Shown here in pieces: positions 39,701 to 52,839 of a DNA stretch of 64,000 bases (position 1 is the stretch's first letter; each line of letters begins with the position of its first letter). Where the stretch lies: contig JAAOMT010000046.1 in NCBI GenBank assembly GCA_016748015.1, positions 644,697-708,696 of the forward strand, read 5' to 3'. The DNA is from Geosiphon pyriformis uo1. Its lineage: Eukaryota > Fungi > Glomeromycota. The notes beneath the pieces are model-generated. The model did no database searches, was not told the origin of the DNA, and was given only the letters and a program-made list of their open reading frames with translations. A program made the position numbers and the translations under genes.

Positions 39701-40960
39701 CCACCTCTTTTCTTCTTTCTGGACTCCACAAATTTAACACCAATACTAGAACCAGACTCCATAATAAACTTATTTAGAACAGCAATACTAGGGCCAATAG
39801 TGGCCTTGTAATTACAAAACAGTTTGGATTTATCGTACTGAATTGTGGAAAAACTTCTTTTAGAAAAAACTTTTAACTCTTTCTTGGAAATTTTGGATGA
39901 AGGAGAGAAAGAAGTTTTTTTTTATTGTTTTAAACATTTAATAAATAAAAATACAAATTAATTATTAAAAATAAACAATAATATATTATTACAAATTAAT
40001 AAACTTTAATTTAATTAAAATAACAACACTAAAAACACTAAAAATATTTTTAATATTATTAAAAAATATATTATAAAGTACTATAGAAATTGAAAAAAAA
40101 ATAAATTTATTACAAAAAATTTTACAATTTTAAAAATAATCAAGCAGAAAAAACTACTAATAAAAACTTTAATAATAGTAATTAAAAAAATCTTAAAACA
40201 AAATTTATATAAAACAACTTTAAAAATTAACTTAAATTTAACAAAAACAATTTAAATAAAAAATTAATTAAGGCCAATTTAATTTTGAACATAGTATTAG
40301 ATACAAAAAAAAGTTATTTATTTAAAAAATTTTAATAATTAAAAATTGTTTTTTAAACATTATTAAAAACAGCACTAAAGAATAAAAAAAAAATATTTTT
40401 ATTTTTATTTAATTAATTCAATTTTTAAAATTAGATAAACTTAATTAAATAAAGACATATTTAAAAATATGTTTTATTTTGTTTTTAAAATCAGTAATAA
40501 TTTGTTAAAAAACACTATATTTAATAATATAATTAATAATTAATTTTGGTTTATCTTTAAAAATATATTATTATTGTTATTATTTACATTAAAAAAAATT
40601 TAATATAATAATAGCAAATATAAATAACTACTGTTAATTTTTGGTTTTTAGATTTTTAATTATTTATAAAGTAGTAATAGTAATAATTTAAAAAAAGTAA
40701 AAACAATATTAAAATTAATTTTAATGTGTTTTTTAAAAAAAACTTTAACAAAAAAAAAACCAATCAAAAGTGAAAAAAATGCTTTAAAAGCTATTAAAAA
40801 CAGCTTTTTATTATCAATATTTAAAAAAAACATTGCTAAGATGTTTTGTTTAACTGTTTTAATAACAAAAAATTTTTTTATTTATTTATAAGAAAAGTAA
40901 TATTTAAAACTTTTTTAATCATAATCATTAAATTTAAATATGTCTTATTTTGTTAATATT

Positions 40961-41000
40961 AATAAAATAAAATAAAATAAAATAAAATAAAATAAAATAA
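40961..41000. repeat. (AATAA)8 microsatellite
   Basis: Perfect pentanucleotide run. Confidence 0.9.
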
Positions 41001-41453
41001 AAACAATAATTACATAGCTATTAAAAAAAACTCAACAATTAAATTAATAATCAGATTAATAATTAAATTAACAACTAAGTTAATAATTAGATTAATAATT
41101 ATAATTCAAAAATAAAGTGGCTAATTATATATTATTATCTGGCTAAATATATGTGATAATTAATAAAAACTGTATAACAATAGCATTTGTTTTTTTTTTG
41201 TTTTTTCTTTAATTATTGTTAATGTCGAACTAAACGTCAGTTTTCGATAACAAAATAAAATTTTAAAGTAATAATTTCAAATTTCAAATTTTTTTTTAAA
41301 TAAAGCACTTCACATAATGCTATATCACGTGAGAGCCGATCCTTTAAGCTAGTTAATCCTTATGACTGATGTAGCATACTGCTTTTTAGCAAAACTCTTA
41401 TAGATTCCAAGAAGCTAATTTTCTCCCGAAGTTGAAATTAATCCTCAAACACA

Positions 41454-43711
41454 ATGAACGACGACCTTGATGTCGAGGCAATGTTGGAGGCACCCTTTCA
41501 AAAAGGCCAGGTGATTTAAATTAGGTTTGACTTGATTCAAGATAGACACCACTACCACCCATATTTATTTCGATGCATTTTTCCAATAGCCCGACCATCC
41601 TGAGGCTTATATAAATGGTGCTACTGAGTTCGACCCAAAAGAAGTGGTTGCAAAGAGGTAAAGGCTATTTAAAAAACCATTATTTTCCATTCTATTTCTG
41701 TCTTTAATTCCAAACCATTCCATTTAAACCAGCGGAGAACGTAAACGCCATCGCAGCTCCTCTCGCTCTTCTATTCATCGTCACCGATCACACTCGAGAT
41801 CTCGTCGCTCACGCAGGTCTCGCTCAAAGTCGCGTGATAGACACAGAAGAAGGCGTAGTCGATCGAGATCGCGTGAAAGGAGACGGAGTAGATCCAGGGA
41901 AAAGGACCGAAGACGAAGAAGCCGAAGTCCACGTCGTAAAAGTAGAAGTCCAAGTAGGCTGAGGTATAATGAAAATAGTGCTTACTTCTTCATATTCTAA
42001 ATATTTAAGGAGTGTGGATTTCATAAAAATTATTGTTTGGCAGTGATCGCCGAAGACGATCTCCCTCCCCTCCATTAGATGAAGAGGAACGTGACAAACG
42101 CACTGTATTTGTGATGCAGCTTGCTGCACGTCTTCGAACTAGAGAACTTGCTGATTTTTTTTCACAGGCTGGGAAGGTCCGAGATGCTAAAATTATCGCT
42201 GATAGAATTTCTCGCAGATCTAAAGGGTAAAAAGTTGTTACCGGTTCTTCAACTGCCAACCCAGTCATACTGATTATATATTAGGCGCTAACTTTTTTTG
42301 AATATGCTTTTAGGGTTGGTTATGTGGAGTTTTATGATGAAGAGTCTGTTCCTAAAGCTTTGGCGTTGACAGGGCAAAAACTTTTAGGTATCCCCGTTAT
42401 TGTGCAACTAACCGAGGCCGAAAAAAATCGACAAGCTCGATTGGCGGAACAAGCGTAAGTCAAAACTTTTAAATATATAACTAAAATTAAGATCTAACTT
42501 TTGCACCTTGTTTTAGAGCTTCACATGCAACAGATATTGCTTACCATAGACTTTATGTCGGCTCAGTGCATTTCAATTTAACAGAAGATGATTTAAGACA
42601 GGTCTTTGAGCCATTTGGTCCATTAGAATTTGTGAACCTTCATAAAGATCCTGAAACAGGTCGATCTAGGGGGTTTGCTTTTATACAGTAAGTGGACATA
42701 ATATACGCTTCAACCCAATCAACTCTCATTTTGGACCTAGATTAACAGGCAATTTTAGGTATAAAAATCCTGAAGACGCTAAGCAAGCCTTGGAGAAAAT
42801 GAACGGGTTTGAGTTGGCTGGAAGAACAGTAAGCAAAAATTCTTGACTAAAACAGTTCTTGAATTTCAAGAATACATTAACAAAACCTATTCGCAGATAA
42901 AAGTAGGTCTTGTCACTGACAAAAGCAATGGAATGAATTTGAATCTTGATGATGGTGGTGAGTTGGGTATTTTTGAAAATTATAAAGTGTAGGTCAACAC
43001 ACATTAATATTAGTTTATATGCTCATTTTTTTGACTAGATGTGGCTGGCTTAGCTTTAAATGCCCAATCTCGAGTAGAATTAATGCAAAAATTGGCTCGT
43101 GATACTGATCTACTTCCCCCTGCTTCAAATACCGCACCTCCTGAACCGTCCGTAGAGCTTCATTTTTTCTTGTTATGCCTTTGATATCAGAATTTTAAAT
43201 AATTTCAACACCTTTCTTTCTCTTTTAGGCAGCGACCTGTTCAGCCTAGAGTAAATCCAACACGTTGTGTTCTATTAAAGCACATGTTTAATCCGGAAGA
43301 GTATGTTATCATATTCTCGAATTTTGATTTTCATTAGTTAAATTATGGTCATCGCTTTATCATTTTATCCATCACCTCAGGGAATCGGAGCCAAACTGGG
43401 CCGAGGAGCTTGAGGAAGACGTGAAAAGTGAATGTGTAAAATATGGACCCTTGGTGCATATTAGCGTTGACAGGGAATCGGTTGTAAGTAATATAATTCT
43501 TTATCAGCATTCAAAAGTGGCATTTTTCTTAATTGATCCTAACAAAAATTTTTTAAAGGGGGATATATATATGAAATTTGATACAGTTGCATCTGCTCAG
43601 AACGCAGTAAATGGCCTAAATGGTAGATGGTTCGGTGGAAACCAAATCTCGGCGGTCTTCATTCTTGATATGTTTTATAATGTCCGATTTTCAAAAGCGG
43701 CCAATTTATGA
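41454..43711 (+). CDS. RBM39: RBM39/CAPER (Rsd1-like) splicing factor: RS domain, two RRMs, UHM; multi-exon
   Basis: [15 protein letters not shown]; RS repeats; [15 protein letters not shown]; [22 protein letters not shown]; [16 protein letters not shown]; [12 protein letters not shown]; LNGRWFGG. Confidence 0.95.
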
Positions 43712-45162
43712 TGATTTGGCCGATTTTTCATGTGTAATGAAAAACCGATACTAAAATCAACCTGGCTTTTCTCGAGGTGAAAAAGACTGATCATCAATCA
43801 TTGTTATTATTAGGAATGGTTTTATTTAGGTTTTGCTGTAAAGTAGATGACGACTTGCAAACGCACAGAACGGAACAAGGAAGAAAAGCGGCGGATCTAA
43901 GCAATCACTCGAAATTCATTGCTAACAGAGTAACACTTTGTTAATGTTTCTGGTTCATTGTAAAGCGCACTCGAATTCTCATGTGTGGTATTACAAATTT
44001 ATCATTCATAGTTGAAGAAAATACGCTGCTTCAATATTTCTCGACGCTTTCATGGTCACAGTGTTGGTAACATTCTGCGAGAGAAGTTATATTTTATTTT
44101 ATTTTCGTCTTGATTCTTTTATTCAGCAAGGGTTTTTGGCGATCTGAAGCCATTTGTTCACAACTAGTGTAATAACGAACACTGAATAATACTATGATAG
44201 GTTTTGCCGTTACGAACAATGAAGGAATATCGATCATACAACCTTCCTGGATGTCGCTGGCCCTTGAAATGGGCAAAACATCTCGTAAAAAGACACCGTG
44301 AAGATTATTGGTTTGCCGTATTCATGATTATAGTCTGCAACCGTTAATTCTTTAAAATTTAACTCCAATAGCAGCATTTAAGGATGATTACTTGGAATTA
44401 CAATAGGATTGCATCATTATGTTGATCGCTATTCAGTGGATTCATTTAAAATTTTTGATGCTTTTAGGTCTTTTCTCTTAAACTTCTACAAACCGTATTA
44501 AGAATCTTGCGATATTGCAGTTTTTTTGAATTTCCTCGAGTACTTGCCAGGCCCTTAAATCGAAACCTTTGATACGGAGATGGAGGTCGGGATTTGAGAC
44601 CGACAGCTACAATGCTAAGAGCTAATATAATTTTTGAATTGTTGACATAAGAACGAACGTGTTAGTCATATTCAATAATCTTTTTAGGCTTACATTGTCA
44701 GCATTCACTGAGATGTTACATGATAACCTCATTGATAATTGCTTAACGTGTCATAAGCGATAGTGTAGTTTAGCAGTTATTCGGGGGCGTATCATGCAAT
44801 CTAACAAACCGTCACTTCAATGACGTTGCGTTTTGATGCTTTAATCACAGATGGACCGAACAACAAACAGTCTTCAACGAGGTCTCACCTCAATCAAGCT
44901 TTCACTTATTATTAGTAACGAACCAAATTTCATTTCCGCCATCTATTCTTGAAACCTTCTATACCAGTATTTACAACATTCAAAGCACCTTTGTGGCTTC
45001 TTTTCTACATAATTGAATCGCTATTTCTGCTTTCTTGTTACCAGATCTATCGAAATCGTCTGAGACGGTGATTGGCAAGCAAGACATTTCTCTATTTAAA
45101 CAATAATTAGCATCAATCCTTTTCCTCTGAGAAATCAAAGCAAGCTATCTTTTATACATTAA

Positions 45163-48100
45163 ATGTCTGCAGTTGACGAAATCGCAGTTGAAACAAAAAC
45201 CCACATCGATGAGTCTGTCTCATTATTAACTTCCGACATAAATGTTCCCGAAGTTCCCGAAGAGAGTAATCATGAATTTAAGGAATCTGTGGGCCCAATA
45301 AATGATCTACTCCAACACCAACCAAATGGATCAATGAACAGACCTTTGATCCGTTATACTAAAGAACAGCTATTGGCGCTACGTGAAAGTCCCTTGGTAA
45401 AAGTACCAGAAACTTTGCAATCAACGATTGGGTTTGCGTAAGTGACACGTTTTTCATTGATATTACATCAACATGAAATGTATGCATTAACACCATTGAT
45501 TGTGTTTTTGATCGAAAAGAGAAATAGCAAAAAAGGAGGTGAAAAAATCTACGACTGACGGGACAACTGATAACGATAAGAGGTAACTTTTATTCATGAG
45601 ATTGTATAGTGAAAGTGTATTATTAATTTTCTTTATCAACAATAATTTTTCAAACTGGACTTTTTTTCCTAAAGTAAAACTTCTAATGGCAATTTCGGAG
45701 ATAACATGAACAAATCCAAAGATGACACAAATACATTAGGAATTTCTAAAAGTCCATTGTTGACTGTTCAAAAGAGCCCTGGTAGCTCAGCTCCAACCTC
45801 TCCGAAACCATCAGGTAGATAATTTATGAAAGCTTCAGCTCACAAAATTTTCATTTTTTGATACCTAACCCCTGGTAATTAGCTTCAAACACAAAACTTG
45901 TTAGATAAGATTGTCCTTGGTCCTCCAAAGATGGCTTTCGCTTCATCTATAGGGGGCCTCAAAAGCATAGAAGATAAATCTGTGGCTTTAACGCGATCCG
46001 GCAGAGCTGATAATTTACGACAGCGTCAAGTGAGTTTTTTTTTAATTATAATTCAAATTCATCAAGAAATTTTAGTAGTTCATCATTTGTTTTAAGGGGG
46101 AAGAAGCCGCCTCATACCTACGAGCAGGAGGGGGTAAAGACTTTGAACCTCGAGCCCCTCGCGGCCCAACCGGAGGTCGTGGATTTATAGGAAGGGAGGC
46201 TTTGAAGGAAAAATCAATGGTGGAGAGGTCAACGCGAGATATAAAAGACTCAAAGGAGAAAGAAACTATTAGTCCTTCATCTAATGGTGTTCATCACAGT
46301 CGTATAACTGTTCCTCACCGTTCACAAGATCAATCAAGAAATATTCGGAGGGAAGGTAACTGTATTTACAGAAATCTCCATACATATACATTACACAATA
46401 TTTATTCTTCTTGAAATTGAAAGGTGGTGTGACAAATGTCAAAGAACATTTGGGTCGAACCAACTCTCGACATCATCCGCATGGAGAAGAAAGATCAGAA
46501 ACTCCGGAATGGATGAATTATAACCCTGAAGAAGAAAACAAGAAAGGTAAAGAGGGAGAAGAAGACAAGAAAGGATTCGATTTTCAAGCTTGGAGGCTAA
46601 GAATGAAAGAACAAGATAGAAACAAAGAAAAAATACGTACAGATAAGGAATCTAAGGAGACAAATGAGAAAGGAAGAGCTAGAAGCGTCTCCAGAGCTGA
46701 CATCAGTATATCCTGGCGAGCAGAGAATAAGCCTGGTGTTTTGGAAGAAGAGTTGGCGACTCCTATGGTAGAATCCAAAGAGAACCCCACAAAAGAAAAT
46801 CAGCCCTCGGGATATAATGGTATTGAGTATTAAAATATATTTTGGTAGATTTTAATTGATAATTTTGCCAAAATTCCACTGAGATTATTTAAACGCAGAA
46901 CCTCCAATCAATAAAATTCCCAATGTGGATCAGCTCTTTGCCCCTGGTGGAATAGGCCTTTCAGATATAGAATCTACTTCTTCAGATGCGTTTGACAAAT
47001 TTCTTTCGCAACATAAACTTGCAATGGCCGAAGAAAACCCTCCTATAAATAGTGACGGTCCTGCCGAAACCGATGCACTTGGCAATGTGGGCAGTGGTGG
47101 CCGAAAAAATGAATTTGGACGTGAACAAGCAACCTCTCGTTTTGCTAAATTTTTCACTCCTAATTCAGAAGACAATACCCCTGATATGAATCGTAAAGAA
47201 AATACCAAAGTTTACTCAATAACTCCACAAAACCACAACTTAGCTAGCGAAGCAATACCGCCAGGCCACATCACTCTTGACACTCTTTTTCAGAGTCAAC
47301 CAGCTGCAGTCACCACCAATGGACCAGCTGCCTCATCTCATACAAAAGCTAATGAAAAGAAACGAATGCTCTCAGAGGCCGAAGTTTTACGATCTCTGGG
47401 AGCCAAGCCACCTTCCAAATCAGATCTTAATGAGAGGAATCCAGAGGATATAATGGGGTTCAACAAGATTTTAGCAGCTTTGGCAAAAGGCAATGTAGGT
47501 TTCCTCTTGATAACTTATTTATTTTCGAATTAAAAGTCCAGATTTTTCAATGTTAATTTTCGACTCAGGTTCCAGATACCCAAAGGTCTTCACAACAGAA
47601 CATTTCAACATCGACCAATCAAGCCCCACCCACTGATTCATCCGCAATAGCTCCTCACATTGGATTGCCTTTCCACGATCCTTCAATTATAATTGCCCAA
47701 AAGCCACATTCAAATCCTAAAGTACCCCCACCACAATCGAGGTTTGATCCTATGAACAGGTCTTTAGGTATAGCAGATTTAACTGCATCGGATTCGGCCA
47801 GAAAGCTAAATATGCTATTTGGCGGTAACGTCCCAACCTCCGTATACCGTCAACTTAGTACAAGACCTGATGGAAACTCGAGAGAATCATCAACAAATTC
47901 TTCCCCTGCATTAAAGTTTAACACAACGAAAGCCATGCTCTCAAATTTTTCTCATTCGCAAAATATACCGCAGACTGCCAACTTACAAGATCACCTTCCT
48001 ATTTACAAATCACCACCCCGACCCCGTTCGCCCGTGCTTCACCACCAAGGCCTTAATCATTCTCACTTTCACAATATGATTTCACCTTATTCAAATGGTC

Positions 48101-48661
48101 CAAATATTCATCAACATTCCCATACACACCATGATTTTCCACCTCCATTACCCCTTGGCCGAAATATTCCTGTCGAGCAATTATTTGGAATGCTACCTCC
48201 GCGTAATCCCACCCCTCAGCAAATTCATCCACAGTACCAACAAACTCAAATAAACGTAAATATACCACCACAAGTACCTTTTAATTATCAGCATCAGCCT
48301 GATCGTTATCAACAACAAACTCCTTTCTCTGGAAATCACATTCCTCAACAATTTCCCGTTCATCCTCATCCCCCGATCATCCCTCCTGTTACCGAGGCCC
48401 TTTTTGCAAACATGCATGGTTACGCCCAGTTCATACCAAATCTGGTTAACAATGCAATTTCGCCTAATAGTATAACAGGTACTAAAGCTTTTGATTTCTT
48501 TTTAATCTGAGTCATGTAAGTTTATAAATTTCATTTGATGATAAGCTGACGAGATCAACTTTGCTCGACTCATTTCAGGAATCCCACCAAATTCCAATTT
48601 GCAGCAACGCAGTATGATGACCTTGGAAGAAATTGAAAGGAGAGGACTGGGCGGTCGTTGA
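45163..48661 (+). CDS. 4E-T/Eap1-like eIF4E-binding translational repressor, multi-exon, largely disordered
   Basis: YxxxxL-phi motif IRYTKEQLLALRES; GPPKMAFAS; ETPEWM; SRFAKFF; P/Q/H-rich tail; ends MMTLEEIERRGLGGR* (TGA 48659-48661). Confidence 0.75.
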
Positions 48662-49197
48662 CAATCAAGGACATTCTGTTATCTCAAAGCAGTCAAAGAT
48701 ACCATATTTGTTTTCATTCTTTTTATTTTTACAACTCAAAACTTGTAATTATGATAACATTTGTGCTAGTATAAACTTATATAACATATATTTTAAATAA
48801 TAATGGAAGTCTTAAAATGTGTATTATTTATAGAATGAACCAAAGATCTCACACTAATCCAAGGCCCTCTCTTAATAGCTTGAATAAATTTCAAATAGCA
48901 ATAAATTATAGCCAACAAACAAAAATAAACCATTCTGGAAAGAGAAATTCACAAACTATAATCAAGTTACCACTTTTCCAAAAGTCATTTCACAATTCTA
49001 AATCTTGATGAACCAGTAGTTTTTCGATTGTTTATATTCGCTAATAGCCGCAAATTCCCACTAGTCCAGATAATCAAGGAGCGAGACTAAGACAAATAAC
49101 TTCGGAGGTCGTTGTAATCTTACCTTTTGGAATTAAAATTTTCCCGCAAGGGCGTCATAAAATAGTTGTCAATTTATGAACTCAACCCAATACAAGA

Positions 49198-50817
49198 ATG
49201 GTTGTTTCAACTTTCTGTCTTTTGAGGGCACACTCCGAGGTGTCTGTCGGTGATATTTCTCGCTTTCTCATATCTATCGATCCTAATAAATTTGAGTTTT
49301 CAGAACGTCCTTCTTGTGTCCTTCTCCAAATTACAAATAAAGCAGCTTTTTATTATAGAGCAGCCTTAGCTAGTGGTCCCTATGTTATTTCAGCTTCATG
49401 TGTCGATACCTTCCACACAAACCTCAAAATTCCTTTGTTAAACCCTTCCATAAAAGGCGGAGAAAAGTGGGAAGTAGAATTACCTCTTTCCTCGACTCAA
49501 AAGGGTGAATGGACAATCGACATTTTTAGTGAAATGGCCTTGGCTTTGGGCTCTATGGTTAAATATGAAGTCATGTTATCGATTCCTGAGATAACATCGA
49601 TGATCGAGAATGAAGGAATACCCAATGAAGATGATACTATTGTCACATTTAGCCCTGCGATCACTATTCGATTATTAAAAACCAGAGATATATTTGCTTT
49701 GCCCAATCCCAATTCATTTTCAAATTCCAAAGAAGTTATTAAGCATCTTGTCATTTTAACACATGGCATCGCAGGGACTGCATTGGACAAATTATATTTA
49801 AAGGAAGCACTGGAACAGCGTTACATGGAGAACAACCCTAATCATATTGTGGTTGTATTCACTCCTGACATTAATCACGCGAATACTCTGGATGGCATTG
49901 AAAATTGTGGAAAAAGAATAGCTGAAAAGGTTTTGGAATACGTTGGTTGGCCCTTAGACATGATCACTGATGGCGATAAAGCCGAAAAAAAAACTGGCGA
50001 CAATGATCAATTTCTAAATTATAATCCAATTTTTACTCAAATCTCGCTGATCGGTCATTCGCTTGGTGGACTAATAAACACTTGTGTTGCTGGGTACCTT
50101 TATTTACTGACTAATGGTGTAATTTTTAAACAGATAGAACCAATTAACTTCATCGCCATGGCAACACCATGGCTTGGCACAACCGAATTACCATGGTATC
50201 TTTCTACTCCTTTACGAGTGGGACTTGGTGGGCAAACTGGTAAAGACTTGTTGCTTGCTCCGGGTACATGTTTACAGGAGGAGTCCAATCATATTACAAA
50301 GGCTAAAGAGATACCTGACCCATTGCTGTTGGAAATTGCCCAAGTGGAGTCTCCTTTCCACAGAGCCCTCTTTCAATTTATACATAGAACATTATATGCA
50401 AACATTGCTAATGATGTTCTCGTACCATTTCAAACTTCTTCCATGTATTTTGTCGATTACGATTCGGGCTGCTTATGTCAACCGGATAGCCCCAGTTTAC
50501 TTAGCTTTTTAAAACACGTCCGTAATACAGTCTATCCTCCCCTCCCGTCTTCTCATCATTTTTTAGAGCCGAACTCGGTAGCGTCACCAGTAGTACATGA
50601 CAAAGTGTATAAGCCCGAGGATATTCCCCCTTCTAAAAGCACCTCAATTTCCATAGAAGAACAAATTGCAAGGTTATGGCATCAGGATATGACATGGCGA
50701 AAAATACTTGTTAATCTTAATGGTGAGGCTCATTTTCACATAGTTGTTCGCAGGAAATTTCTTAATGTGGAAGGATGGCAGGTGATAGAACATTTGCTGA
50801 AGGAGCATACGTTTTGA
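49198..50817 (+). CDS. DUF676/ROG1-like serine esterase (lipase), intronless
   Basis: HLVILTHG; nucleophile elbow IGHSLGG; ATPWLG; LYANIANDVLVPFQTS; AHFHIVVRR. Confidence 0.9.
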   Translation: MVVSTFCLLRAHSEVSVGDISRFLISIDPNKFEFSERPSCVLLQITNKAAFYYRAALASGPYVISASCVDTFHTNLKIPLLNPSIKGGEKWEVELPLSSTQKGEWTIDIFSEMALALGSMVKYEVMLSIPEITSMIENEGIPNEDDTIVTFSPAITIRLLKTRDIFALPNPNSFSNSKEVIKHLVILTHGIAGTALDKLYLKEALEQRYMENNPNHIVVVFTPDINHANTLDGIENCGKRIAEKVLEYVGWPLDMITDGDKAEKKTGDNDQFLNYNPIFTQISLIGHSLGGLINTCVAGYLYLLTNGVIFKQIEPINFIAMATPWLGTTELPWYLSTPLRVGLGGQTGKDLLLAPGTCLQEESNHITKAKEIPDPLLLEIAQVESPFHRALFQFIHRTLYANIANDVLVPFQTSSMYFVDYDSGCLCQPDSPSLLSFLKHVRNTVYPPLPSSHHFLEPNSVASPVVHDKVYKPEDIPPSKSTSISIEEQIARLWHQDMTWRKILVNLNGEAHFHIVVRRKFLNVEGWQVIEHLLKEHTF

Positions 50818-50959
50818 ATGAAAATAATCCTATTATAATCAGAATGAGATCTCTTACTTGTTCCTTGCAATTATTAATATAATATCTGTTTCTCAAACCA
50901 ATATCATAAATCTATCATTTCAAAATTTCGTCTCAAACTTCTTTGATATTATAAATTCT

Positions 50960-51956
50960 TTATAATGTTGAAGCTAGGACCATTGGCGACGAAATTTCGT
51001 CACGTTTTTCCCTCCCAACAAGTTGCTCCACAATAGTTAATGCAAAGAGAAAAGCAGTCCCAGGACCACGACTGTCAGATAGTTAGTGCAAAGAAAAGTG
51101 GTTTTGTTCAGGGAAAGAAATACAAAAACATGATTTTACCTTGTGATAATTTTGTTATTAACTACAACGCGATCCTCTCGATAGTTATAATCTTGATTTT
51201 AGCCAAAAGAGGAAGATTTTATGCCGATTGTTTGAGGGAAAAAATGAAGGGAGTGTGTCAATACTAACCTCCTACTAAATTATCTTTAATCGAAGGATGA
51301 GAAGTAATATCACCCCCTTTATTGATATCGGAAGTCTTTATGGCGAGTGATCCTTCAGATATTGTAACAAGAAAAGAGAAGTATAGTTAATCAATCAGTT
51401 AATATCAAAAAGTATTCTATCATGACGAATAAATTACTCTATTACCAGCACAAATGGCGGCCACCAGTTTTCCAGATTGATGAATGGTCTGAAGCAATTT
51501 TTGAACATCAAGATGCGAGGAAAGTGTGTTCGCCCCATCATAACCACCCGGAATCACAATCCCATCAAAAGAATCCTTCAAATATTATTAGATACAGAAA
51601 ATCCAGAATCGGTTAAAAGCCAAATCCTTAGAAATTGTTGGTTTTTCATGATGTGTATAATGCATACCGCATAAGATAAAACATGTTCGAATAAAACATC
51701 GGGAACAATTTTGACTCCGCGACTACATTCAGCGTATTGGCCATTTTTAAGCGCGACTCCAGCAACAGTTACTTCAATCGAGGCACGTCGAAGCACATCA
51801 ACTATTATTTTTAAATGGACCCCTTAAAATTCCTCTCATTAAGTATTATATGCTAAGGTATCAACTAAACTATGGCTTACTAGAAATTATCGCTTCCATT
51901 TCTTCAGTTCCATCGGCCACGAGTACCAGAATCTTTTTTTGGTTCGAGTCACTCAT
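50960..51956 (-). CDS. DJ-1/PfpI family protein (PARK7/YajL-like deglycase/glyoxalase), multi-exon
   Basis: [24 protein letters not shown]; DVLRRA; IVIPGG; VAAICAG; ITSHP; [18 protein letters not shown]...PMVLASTL*. Confidence 0.93.
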
Positions 51957-52839
51957 GTTTTGTGAATAAAAATTTGAGAAAACACAATTAACTAGTACCA
52001 CCAATATCAATTAATACAAGTTAATTAAAGTAAAAAAATGTGTTTCGGAATTTTACTAGTAAAATTTTTTTTTAAGTTTTATAAATTCAATAATATTTAC
52101 GTATGACCAATTACTTAAACTAATTAAGATTACATATAACAAACTTTTTATAAAAAATCAAATTTATAAACTTTTATTGAAACATTTAATATTATGTATG
52201 CCAACTTTTTTAGCTTCATAAATTCCAAATAGTTTAACCAAATTTTTTATTTATTTATAATTTTTAAACTTAATTTATTCAAACATTGTTATTAAAAATG
52301 TTTAAAAAGTTAATTTTATTTTCTATTTTTAATATTGTTAACAAAAATACCTGTATTTTAAATTTGTTTTTTTTGTTTTTTTAAATTTATTGTTATATAT
52401 TAGCAAAAAATTTTGTTTTTTTAATTGTAAATGTTTTAAGTTTTAATTAAAAAACCAAATTTTTAAAAAGTTAATATATTTAATTTTAAAGATTGTAATT
52501 TGTAAAAAAATTTAATGTTTAATAATCTTTAAGTTGATTAATTAATAAATATTTTTTGTTTTAATAATACTATATTTAATTTTTTTAAATTTAAGTGTTT
52601 AAATATAATTAATTTTAAAATTATTAATTTATAAAATAAAAAAAAGTTTTTGTTAATTATAATTTGATAAAAAATATTTATTTAATAAATTGTATTTATT
52701 TTGAAAATTAATATTTTTTAACTATTTATTAATTTTAATAAAAAATAATATATGTTAAGTTAATAATAAAAATTAAAAAAATACAACCAAAAATAAAAAT
52801 TTTTTCTCTTTCTTAATTTTATAATTATAATTAAAGCAA

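Larger units (their letters stand above)
23328..39929 (-). mobile_element. LINE-2: full-length LINE interrupted by Gypsy-1; 11-bp TSD TTAAACATTTA
   Basis: TSD copies at 23317-23327 and 39930-39940; poly(A) ~23328-23335; ORF1 39762-38012; ORF2 38012-23462 with APE, RT (AFVDNT), RNase H (VYTDSSL) and CCHC. The frame is restored across the Gypsy insertion (..RLAEKT|SIRNII..). Confidence 0.93.
21560..40920. repeat. Repeat X: very old AT-rich element, present as ~21560-22200 plus ~39950-40920 and split by nested LINEs
   Basis: Both pieces match, as reverse complement, one contiguous copy at ~52840-54330 (e.g. aattaattaaggccaatttaatttt vs revcomp of aaaatcaaactggtcttaattaattt). Confidence 0.65.

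Noticed and set aside
44575-44610. tRNA-like T-arm on the minus strand (gtcggtctcaaatcccgac)
   Set aside because: Loop length is wrong and there is no matching acceptor stem or D-arm at the expected distance.
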